Source: Paragordius varius
Lineage: Eukaryota > Animalia > Nematomorpha
Direction: 5' to 3'
Length of the DNA stretch: 64,000 nucleotides
Assembly: GCA_964247055.1 (NCBI GenBank)
Contig: OZ176050.1
Coordinates: 2,418,001-2,482,000, forward strand
The notes beneath the pieces are model-generated. The model made no database searches. It was given only the letters and a program-made list of their open reading frames with translations, and was not told where the DNA came from. The position numbers were made by a program, and so were the translations under genes. Below, one piece after another: positions 14,001 to 24,672 of this stretch (positions are counted from its first letter, which is position 1; each line of letters opens with the position of its first letter).

Positions 14001-17000
14001 TTTTCAGGTATCAAATATTTTTTTTAAACAATTTTAACTTTAAATCCCAAAATGATACTGTAAAAGTTAAAATTATATATACTAAAGAAAATTAATTTCT
14101 TTTTGTAACAAAACACCATATTTTGGATCAATTTAAATTAATTTTTCCCTCTTAATCCTTATTTACGAAACGCTAGAATATATTTATATTTAGGTTTAAG
14201 AATTAGTTTTCTTTACAAAAATATTAATTGGCTTTTTACTAATTATGTTTTCGTATGTTAACAAAAACTCAAAAAAATATTTTTTAGGCTTTGAGTCGTG
14301 ATCGCCTTTTCCCAATTTTCGATTATTTTAGCGTTGGAACCAAGAAACATGATGAACCCTTTCGAGCATATTTCCTAATGTTTTTCATTGGAATCCTTTT
14401 TATACTTATGGGTATTTTATTTATTTTCGTTTTATGAAAATAAAATTTGTATCAAGAATGTTTCCGGTTTTTTATTTGCTAAATCATTAGTTACATTGTT
14501 TTTTATCTAATGTTTTACATTAATCTTATTTTAAGTTGATGATTATTATATTATTGCGAATAAAATAACACTAGACAACAAATTTTAACTTTTTTAAACT
14601 GCCATTCTTATAAATTTAAAATTTATTTTATTTAAATATATAATTAGCATATCTGAAAAGAAAATTGGTCTAGCATGGAAGAATTTTTTTATATCAGAGT
14701 TTATCGATAATTTTTGGCCCCGATTTAACACTAAACTCGAAATTTCGAAAATTAAAAGTTTTATATATGAAGCCATGTATTTTATATCATTCAAAAGAGC
14801 GCAAAAAACTGCATCTTTTAAATGGTAGTAAGTCATTAAAATCAATCGGATGTAAAAGTTATTTGGATTTAAATGGTCGAAATTTTCAATCCTTAAATAA
14901 GTCAAGAATTTTCACAGACAAACTAATTTGAAAATCATATAAATTATTTTAATATAATTATTATGGTTATATTAGTATTTAATTTAAAAAAATGTTTGAA
15001 AAAGCTTTTGGTTTGCTTTTTTAATAAAAATTATTATTATCATAAATATTTTACCTAGTGGATACTAAAATGCATAGTTATAACTGTAAATTTATTACAT
15101 AATGGCTAAAAAAGATCGAAAATACCTTAAACTTTGTTTTTATCTTCAAAATTTCGAAATTATCAGCCTCGTAAAGAAAATAAATTAATATTGGTGAGAT
15201 GGTAATTTTAAAAAAAACAAAAAACTTAAAAATGGCTGTTTTGAGTGACATAAAAGTAATATAAAAGTGTTTTAATCAAAAAAACTTTCTTGTGTTATAT
15301 TTTTTGGACATTCATCACCATCTAAACAAAGTTTGAGCTATTTTCATCCATTAGTTTTAAAAATATATTAATTAAAAAAAAGTTCTCGCTTCGCGCGTTT
15401 GTCGCTCTTTGTGTCCAATATTAACTGTCGATGTAATACATATTAATATGCATTTTATAGAGTTTTTATTACTCTTTCGAATGATTTATTACAAATGGGC
15501 ATTACTTGTATATTTTCAAAGAAAAATATTTTTTAGTAAAATTTTGATAAAGAGGGCGCATAATCTAAAGAATCAAATTATACAAAATTCTTCCATCGAG
15601 TTATAATTTTTATTTCAGATTTACTGTTATAATGATACTAAATAACAGAAAACTCAAAAAACTCGAGTGGCAGAAAAATTTGTTGTCCAGTGTAATCACA
15701 GATAAACATATAATTTTATAAACCGCAAAAATTAGTTGTTTGCTATTCGCTGAAAAATATACTTTTATGATTCAAATAAATTAGACAATATAGAAAAATA
15801 AGGTCAGCCTCGTTAGAAATAGAAATATAATATATTGAGACCGTTTTTAAAAAAGGTTGGTTTCATTTCCTATTTCTGCAAAAAAAATTTTAAATTATTT
15901 TAATTCTTTCATTTTTTAGCCGATTTGAATAATTTGGCTCCCATAATCTCCAACTTTTTCTTGATGTCATTTGCGCTCATTAACTATTCGTGTTTCGATG
16001 TTTACATGTCCGGGAGCATTGGTAATATACTCTATGATTTTAAAAATTAATAATAATTATAACACATTTACAAAATAAAAATTTTAATAAAATAAATGTT
16101 TTTTGTAAAGAGAACCATATTTTTCTTACCTTTTATTTTTATCATTACCTGTCGTTTTGGGTTGTGATGAATATATATTTTTCATATTTATTCAATTTTA
16201 TGTTGGCGTGATAGTATATTGAAAAAATTCAAGATCAATTTTTTTTTATATTTTATCGCTTGATTTACATACATATATTGAAAAATAGGATTTCGCCCGG
16301 GGTATTCCTATTACAATCATTGGTTAAGCCTGATTGGGGGTATTTTGTGCATTGTCACCATGTTTTTGATCAAATGGTGGGCCACTCTCCTAACATTTTT
16401 CTTCGTCCTTTTCTTTTTTGCATACGTTCGTTACAAAAAACCTGGTAAGTTTTGTGTTTAAATTTGTATATTTTATTAATATTTTGTTTTACAAATCGGT
16501 GTTAGTATTTAACATTTTATATTCATACTAAATTCTGAGCTAAATATACTCGTGATTGGGATTAAATATGTGTTTTTGAGATATGTTTATCATTTTTTAC
16601 TCTGGTTGTTATAATGTTTTCATCATATTTATAAATGGTATTTGGATTTCCAGCGTGAATTTGAAAGTTTAGGAGTGAAAGTCCAATTAATTTTTTTTTA
16701 ACAAAACATATTTTCATAATAAATTTTTTTAGATGTAAATTGGGGTTCATCAAGTCAAGCCCATGTCTATAAAAATGCACTGACCTGGGTCATGAAACTC
16801 AATAACACGGAAGAACATGTCAAAAATTTTAGGTAGAAAACTATCCAATTTTTTACCTAAAAAATTTTTTGTTTTTTCCTCGGATTTTTACCGTTAATAA
16901 TTACAATAAAATCAAAATTATATACACAAAACGTTAAAAGGCAAAATTTTTATTAAGATATCCATATTTTTGACACCTTGATTTTTTCGATATAATCCAT

Positions 17001-20000
17001 CGTTTTGCGTCACAAAATTTCGATTAAAGTTGTAAAAAAGTATATATCATAATCCTTTTAGGTTATACAAAAAATTTAAAGCTTTAAAAAGTATGGCTGT
17101 TATATACAAAAAATATTTGTCTTTTAGTTTTGAAGTTTCCCTTCAATACCTGTAATTTTATAACCTTTTTAGACCTCAAATCTTGGTTTTAACGGGCGAT
17201 CCACGAGCTCGGCCTGGCTTGATAGATTTTGTCAATTATTTCACCAAAAATCTCAGCTTACTCATTTGTGGCCATGTGATATTGGTAAGTATTAATCGTT
17301 TATTTTTATAAAAATAACCGGTTTGACCGCTTAAATGCACATTCAAACATTTCTTAATTTTTTTTAGATTAAATTTACCTTTTTGTTTACGTATATTTCT
17401 AATTTTTAATAAAATCTTGACGTTTTCTCACTTATTAGGAAAATAGTCCTGAATATGCCAATCCACCCAAACTCCGTGATATATATGATTTTTTCAATAA
17501 ACGACGCGTTAAAGCCTTATATGATAACATACGGGCCCCAAATTTACGACAAGGTGCTTTTGGATTACTTGAGGTTAGTTATTGATATTTTATGCTATGG
17601 AGCATGCTGAAAGAGGTTCGAAAGTTTTTTAAACGTCGCAATTTATAGTAAAAAGGTGACCTAATCCTTAAATTATTAGATTTATGTTTAATGGGTAATA
17701 TGGTGTTATTTTTAATATTCTATTTGTTTTTTATTTACAAATTTACATCATATTTTTACATTTTACATTAATTATAATTTTATAAATATATGAATACAAT
17801 AGGTAGCGGGATTAGGGAGACTAAAACCCAATATCTTGATTATGGGATTTCTACATAATTGGCACGATGAGGATTTGACTGATCTTAACAACTACTTCTA
17901 TGTTATTCAGTGAGTATCGTATTTCAATTTTTATTAACTTTATTGTTTAAATCAGGTATTGAACTAGGAACTGATTTTTAAAATCCCAATCATTAGCCTT
18001 TTAAAATAGTCACAATTTTGTTGCAAATGAATTGTTTTTTTAGGGAAAAGCAAAATCTAAATTCCATTTTATATCAAAAAGTTATTTGAATATTTTGTAT
18101 TTTCTAGCGATGCGTTTGACTTGAGATTTGGAGTTGGGATATTTAAAACTCCAGAGGGTTTGGATTTTAGTTTCTACACTTTATCCACAGGTCATCATGG
18201 CCATGATAATCCATCCAGTTTGTACAGGTTTATTTTTTATATAACTAATATTTGTTCCAATATTTAACACTAGTTTTGTGTTCGACAGGTTTCCTATAAT
18301 AATTATTTTATAAGTTATGTTTGTATAATGATAAAAATTGATAAAAGTATGTAAATTTTATCAATTATTAATTTATTTATTGTTAATTTCATTTTTTATT
18401 AAGCCACAAATTAAATTTAATATTCACAATATTAATTGACTGATTATAACCATGAACACGATGAGTTATTTTTACAAATATATTATTATTGGTTCTTAAG
18501 AATTATATAATTAAACTCATTTTTAGAAATAAAAATAATTTATAAATTATTTTACAGACATTTTCACCGGAGTTCGAACGCGGCCTTAGCTATTCCACAA
18601 CACGAAATAAAAGAATTATCAGCTACTCGGAGGTTTTGGAAAAAAATTGGTTTAGATTTTATATCTCCTGTCACTGATAAAAATGCACCGGATAATAATG
18701 GTATACTTATTATTGGACAGTTTAAAGTTTTTTTTATTCTTAAAGGGTAAGGCCTAAATTTGTATTTAATTACTTGGATCTATTGGAGTGATATATTACT
18801 TTAAAATGCGATTAGTTTTTCACGGTTTAAAAATATTACTGTAGGCACATTTATGTTGGCCAAGCGTATAGCTAAAAATAACAAACGGTTTAAATAAAAT
18901 ATTTTTTATATTATTCTGCATAAATAATTCAATCATGGACAAAATTTGCTATATGTCATACGCTACTGTATTACAAATTAGCCCACAATAAAATGTCGAT
19001 AATGTAATATTAAATATATCTATATCCATATATAGCAAATGGTATGACCGTGACTTCACAAGTCAGCAGTATTCGACCTGATGGTGATGACCACAGTAAT
19101 AATTTAACTGTTAGCAATTCACCTGCCATAAACAATTTCGAGATGGCTGATATTGAGACTAAAATTACAAAACCTACCAATGATGTCACCAACACAAATA
19201 AAAAATTTCCAATGCGAATTCCAGACTCTATTTTTAATCGCCGCAAAGGTCATAAATCACTGCCGAATGATGAGAAAAATATAAATCCCTCGAATCTATC
19301 GGGCCTTGTGAGGAATGGTTCACTTACTATAGGTGATAGCAACAACACAAATTTCAATAAAAAACGTGGTGGAAATAAAAAGGGCAAACAGCAGGCTTTA
19401 CACAAAAAAGGGTATATCCAACATAATATATATTGCGATTTTTCGTAATAATGCACAAAATGATATTTTTACCTCATGCATTATATATAGTTGCGATAAA
19501 TTTTCTCTTCTTAAAATTTAATTCTGTTATAACCGTATAGTTTTAACTAAAATTATTTTTAACCTTGACATATTTTGATTTTTACCATTTCCCTAAATTT
19601 AATTAATGAACAGTATATATCATTCAAATTTGCTTTTACTAGGAGCATAAATTACGAATCGAAACGACTTAATAAAAATATTATGGCAAGTATAAATCGA
19701 TATCAATTGGCTCAACCCAAAGGATTCATTGATATTTGGTGGCTTTTTGATGATGGAGGTTTAATATTACTCATTTTTGTTCGGTATTAATTTTGGAATT
19801 ATTTAATAAAAAATTTATTCCTGAAAGGTTTAACCATACTTCTTCCGTATATTTTGGCACACCGTTCTCATTGGGCCAAATGCCAAATCCGATTTTTTGG
19901 TCTCTGTAATGGAACAGATGATCAGGAAATGGTTCATACTAAGTAAAAAATAAAATTCATTATATTTTTTCATAAAAATTAAATTTTTTTTTATTAAGAA

Positions 20001-21139
20001 ATTGGCATAATTTCCAATATATTTATATATATATATATATATATCATTTTAGTTTTGCCGCATTGCTGACTAAATTTAGGATAGAGTATTCCGATATCAT
20101 AATACTCCCAGATATTCAAAAGGAACCGGATTCTAAAAAGTAACTATTTAATTTTATTGGTTCGATATTTGCTATTAGAAAGTAAAATTAAAAAGAAAAA
20201 GCATAAATAATTAGTTAGAAATCATAGTCCATTGCGTTACCAAGTGACGGGTGATGTAAATATGTCAAACATTTAATTTCACATTTACATTTGTCAAACA
20301 TTAGGTTACTAAATCAAAAATATTCTTTTTCTTTAGTAAAACTTTAAGTATTTATGTTTTCTCTTTAAAATTTTAGAATATGTAATACAATATAATTTAT
20401 GAATAATGGGCTTTATTCCATACCATGTAACAATGATAGTTGAGTACGTTTTATGTATAAAAAAATATTTATAGCGTGGAAAAATTTGATGAATTGATTG
20501 CAAAATATCGGGTCCGCGATCAAAGTGATAAGAAATATGCCCCCGGTATGATAACTGATGCTGAATACATTTCTTTGCTCAATAAGACGTATCGTCAAAT
20601 CCGGTTACATGAAATGCTTATAACTTATTCCACGCATTCCAATCTCGTTGTTATGTAAAACCATTTTTTTAGCTAGGGAACAATAATATTTTGATATTTT
20701 TTTTTGAATACATTGTTTTTATTTTATTTAAAAGTAATGTTAAAGTTTTTGGGAGATATGTAGCACACCATGTAATTCTGCTTATTGGTTTTATCCTCTT
20801 ATTATCAATTCACGTTTAAATCAAAAATTATATGAATTAAAAGAATGTAATCTGCACCATTTGGTTTTAAACCGTTTTTTATTTTATAAACTGGAACAAG
20901 AACCAACGGCTTAAAATTATATGGAATCAAGTCTAAATTCATCTTACGAGTGCATGGAACAAAATTTTGATATAATATTGATTTCATATCCTTTTCTATA
21001 TAGGACTTTACCAATGCCGCGCAAAGGAAGCGTTTCCTCCTCTATGTTTATGGCTTGGTTGGAATTTATTTCAACTGGAATGCCTCCTTTTTTCTTTCTT
21101 CGAGGAAATCAACAAAGTGTCATAACGTTTTATTCATAA
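8098..21139 (+). CDS. SLC12A2: SLC12 cation-chloride cotransporter, NKCC/NCC-type, 1259 aa, 25 exons
   Basis: Exons 8098-8628, 8966-9049, 9292-9367, 10674-10769, 11234-11373, 11822-11938, 12215-12326, 12478-12602, 13034-13315, 13900-14007, 14288-14411, 15920-16021, 16289-16444, 16733-16832, 17173-17284, 17439-17573, 17803-17909, 18108-18227, 18558-18700, 19036-19411, 19643-19758, 19828-19942, 20053-20139, 20475-20654, 21004-21139 sum to 3780 nt in frame. Motifs: RFDV (RFxV SPAK/OSR1 docking), [97 protein letters not shown]. The symbol is a family-level nearest match, not proven orthology. Confidence 0.95.
9401..9672. mobile_element. Degenerate hAT (Charlie-like) MITE in SLC12 intron 3
   Basis: GC-rich ends GGAGGTGGCCAAT ... 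GTTGGGCACTCCTG are imperfect inverted repeats, with two GCGGCCCGCG subterminal motifs and right flank CTTTAAAG. The left end is eroded. Confidence 0.5.
10911..11181. mobile_element. Fold-back MITE with ~65 bp terminal inverted repeats in SLC12 intron 4
   Basis: TATACCATTTACAGTTCAAATCCACCCT...TTCAAATTCACCCT at left and AGGGTGAATTTGAA...AGGGTGGATTTGAACTGTAAATGGTATA at right; TA-flanked. Confidence 0.65.
14569..15692. mobile_element. Non-autonomous CMC-superfamily (Chapaev3-like) DNA transposon, copy 1, in SLC12 intron 11
   Basis: TAA|CACTAGACAACAAATTTT ... AAAATTTGTTGTCCAGTG|TAA: 18 bp TIR, CACT..AGTG ends and a 3 bp TAA TSD. Nearly colinear with 39651-40700. Confidence 0.8.
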
Positions 21140-21302
21140 AAGTCTCTCTGTAATGGTTATGAAAATTTTGATTTAACCTTAAAAATTAATTAAAATATGC
21201 CATCACAATGCAATTTAGAAGAGAACCGCCTTTTCTCTAGTCTATACGTATTGTCATAATTTTAATATGCATAAGTAGTGATCAACTCAGGAAATACCAA
21301 TT

Positions 21303-21460
21303 TTTTAACAAGATTGCTATTTTTGACGCAAAGTATTATATATTATTTTTTCCTGAAATATCATTATTGAAAACATTATTATCATTATTTTTAACAAGCT
21401 TGCTATTTGACGCAAAGTATTATATATTATTTTTTCCTAAATATTATTATTGAAAAAATT
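21303..21460. repeat. Two-copy ~86 bp tandem duplication between convergent stop codons
   Basis: TTAACAAG(A/C)TTGCTATTT(T)GACGCAAAGTATTATATATTATTTTTTCCT occurs at 21305 and 21391. Confidence 0.75.
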
Positions 21461-21725
21461 ATTTTATATAAAGTTATAGACTCAAACAAACAATATACTT
21501 TATATTATAATCAAATATTTATTTATTATATTGTGTATATCTCCAAAATCAATATTATTCATTTTTAATTATCAGGTATCCCTGTACATACTATATATAT
21601 TTTCAATAATATAAATTTATGAAAATTACCAATATAGATATAGTATTATAAAATTAATAAAGAATATATATATGGCCATGTAATTATTTTATAATGCGTT
21701 TAAATGCTTCCTGCCAGCTCGTAAT

Positions 21726-23071
21726 TTAATTTTCTGGTTCAATCAAAATTTCGGGTGATTTAACTTTTTTCATCGTGTCTTCGGCGGAGGTTAATTTTTT
21801 AGCTTCCCCGAAAACTACTGTGGCATTATCAGAATAAATTATATTAGCGGGATCAGTTAAATCCAAAGGCTTTGTTTCGACATGGGTTTCTTCATCAGTC
21901 ATTTTTACTGACTCGGTTTGTTCGACAGTAGCCTTCTCCTAAAGGGAAAATATTTTTTAATCAATAATTTTAGCAAACATAAGTTTAGTTTATTTTTTAT
22001 GATAAATATGTATATATCTTACTTCAGTAATCGTCGGTGCTTCTATAGAAAGGTAAAATGTAATTTTATATTTTGTTAGTTTATTGAAAATACAAAATAA
22101 TTATTTTCGGATTTTTACCAATTTGAGCAGTGTCTTCACTGCGAACAAGACCCCATCCTTTTTGTCCCCAACCACCATAGCTAACTTGACCTAACAACAA
22201 AAAAATGAATGATGAATCATATTTCAAATCAAAAACAATAAAAAGTGCCCAAAATAAAATTATACCTTTTCCCTTTCCTTTGCCATAGGATTGACCTAAG
22301 AGCACAATAAAAGAAAAAAATTATAGGCAAAATCTTAAATTTAAATTATCACACTCTTTAAACAAGTTATCTGTCAAAACTTTTTAAAAAAGTTAAAAAT
22401 GATCAAAAAAAACTAAGTTTTGAACCTTTTCCTTTGCCCCAGGACTGTTGTCCTTTGCCTTTTCCATAAGATTGTTGCTGGCCCTTCCCTTTTCCCCACG
22501 ATTGCTGTTGTTGTCCTTTACCTTTTCCTAACATAGATATAACATGAAATGCTTGATTATAAAGTTTTAAGACTTTTTTTATTTGAAAGCAAATAACATT
22601 TTAATAAATAACGGTACCTCCGTAATATCCTTTATATATATATATATATGCATATATGATACATGAGAAAACAAATGTATCAAAATATTTTTATTGTAAA
22701 AAAAATTCATTATGAAATCAAAAATAAGTTAATACATACCATAGCTCTGGACACCTATATGTTGAATAAAAAGTGAAATTTTGTATTGGGCAAAAAATTA
22801 TTTTTTATTATCAATCGATTGTCTCTCGTCATCAGAGTTTATGTTATCAAAATCACACCAAAATTTTAAAAATACGGTAGTAAATTATTGATACCCTTTC
22901 CTTTGGATTGTTGTACCCAACCAGCTAATTTTTATGAAAAAAGATATTAGTCAAATAACTGTTAGATAACCAATAAATTATAAATAATAAAATTATAAAC
23001 TGTGTGTTTTTACCTTCTGTCACAATCATTACAGTCAATGCCAAAAAAATTAAAGGAAGCCAAGATGCCAT
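21726..23071 (-). CDS. Orphan secreted Gly/Lys/Gln-rich repeat protein encoded by micro-exons, 183 aa
   Basis: Exons 23071-23014 (58 nt), 22924-22895 (30), 22754-22740 (15), 22629-22618 (12), 22527-22426 (102), 22295-22266 (30), 22190-22119 (72), 22042-22023 (20), 21938-21726 (213), all GT-AG, total 552 nt in frame. They read MASWLPLIFLALTVMIVTEA-GWVQQSKGK-GVQSY-GYYG-GKGKGQQQQSWGKGKGQQQSYGKGKGQQSWGKGK-GQSYGKGKGK-GQVSYGGWGQKGWGLVRSEDTAQI-EAPTITE-EKATVEQ...IEPEN*. Confidence 0.85.
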
Positions 23072-23160
23072 TTGCAGAATGTGTGTTGTTGTTTAGTAAT
23101 GGAATATAAAGAATAAGTAAGGTAAAAAGTAGTTGTTGAAAAACTGGTAAAATCAGTCCC

Positions 23161-23168
23161 TTTTTATA
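23161..23168 (-). promoter_or_regulatory. Candidate TATA box of the micro-exon gene
   Basis: TATAAAAA on the minus strand, followed 23 nt later by the A of an Inr-like CCAGTT, ~90 nt upstream of the ATG. Such motifs are common by chance in AT-rich DNA. Confidence 0.4.
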
Positions 23169-24332
23169 CATTTAAATGGGTCAATTGTTATCTGATACGG
23201 GTAACCTTGGTAAATTTTTTCAAGGATTTTTTATATGTTTTAGACATGTCATTTTGTAATTTAATAATTATTTCTTTTAAAATGCAATTCGATATTTAAG
23301 GCTATGCGAAATTGTAACGAGGTCATCACAATATTTTTTTGCATGTAAAAAGACAAATTTGGGCAAAATTGCTTAAAAACTTTTGATATTTTACAAAATT
23401 AAAAAATTGTCAAATCTCAAATTACACCTAAATATATCCATAAAAAAAAAATTAAGTTATTTAATATTTTTTTGGCTATGTAATATAATATTTTATAATT
23501 TAATGATATCATTATAATATCTACATAATTGTGTAATAATTTTAATGCGCTCATTATACATCTTATAAAATTTAATATGAGCTTATTAAAAAAATTGGAA
23601 TATATACATTATAATGAAGGTTATTTTTAGTGTAAATTGATTATGATGTAAAAATATAAAATTTTTATTTTTGGATTTAGCCTCTCTTATGAACTATAAG
23701 CTTTTTTGATCTTTTAAAGTTAAAATACCGATTGCCAATATTAAATAAATCTGTTGACCGGGGGATTTCTTTTAGAATCATTTTGCTTTTGATACAGCTG
23801 ACAGGGGTTTAAAAAACCTTACATCAGCTACCGCATAAATTATGGTAAAATAAAAAAAATATCAAAAACATAATTGAAATATTAATTGTTATAACGACGC
23901 GGAAAACAATGTTTGGCTATAAGTTTTGTTGCACCTTCTATGTATTTTTACCCTAAAAAATAAAAACTAGACGCATGTTAATATTTTGATTGATTTATTG
24001 AATGAATATTAGAAAAATCACGTCTTTTGCAATGTCGTCAAAGATTATCGCTTTACCATTTATAATTTAACCTTGTTTTTATTTTAAAATTGTTTTAATG
24101 ATTCATGAATAGGATTTTTCAGGCTAAAGTAGCGTTTATTTTTGTTTTATGCTTTTTATTTTGTAACATTATAAAATTAAATTGTGAACCAAAAATTGGA
24201 ATGGAAAATAGCCATTTTAACGAAATAATTAGATCACATACCAAAATTGTAAAATTAGACCCAGAGACAAAAAAATAGTGTTGAAACTTAAAACCAAAAC
24301 CAATCCTTGTTTTTACCGTCTACTAATCCAAC

Positions 24333-24672
24333 TAATGTGTTTATAATAGAGACGACATATAAATTATTAATTCAAATTAAGTACATTTATTAACTGATTG
24401 CTTAGTGGTGGTACAGGTGTATTTATATATTGTAGCAAGGATAAATTACAATAATAAATTAGAATACTATTTGTATCAAATACAATGTCATATAAAATAT
24501 CCATATATATATAATAGTCATTAGATTATTTATTAAATACAATGTCGTATAATAATTTAACTTAAGGTTATAAAGTTGGCAGCTATAATTAGAATACCAT
24601 TTGTACATACAATGTCATATAAATTATATAATAAATAATTATAATATAACTTAAGGTTATAACCAATTAACA
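24333..24672 (-). repeat. 3' LTR (340 bp, with internal direct repeats)
   Basis: Starts TGTTAATTGG after the PPT and ends AAACACATTA at the TSD. Both of its ends match the short 5' LTR. Confidence 0.9.

Noticed and set aside
14594-15606. ORFs inside the CMC MITEs (also 39681-40726)
   Set aside because: They have no transposase motifs, differ in length between the two copies, and are AT-rich chance frames.
16880-17130. Faint ~200 bp similarity among intronic tracts (~14055, ~16060, ~16880, ~48640, ~59160)
   Set aside because: It is too degenerate and AT-rich to define ends or exclude chance without an alignment.
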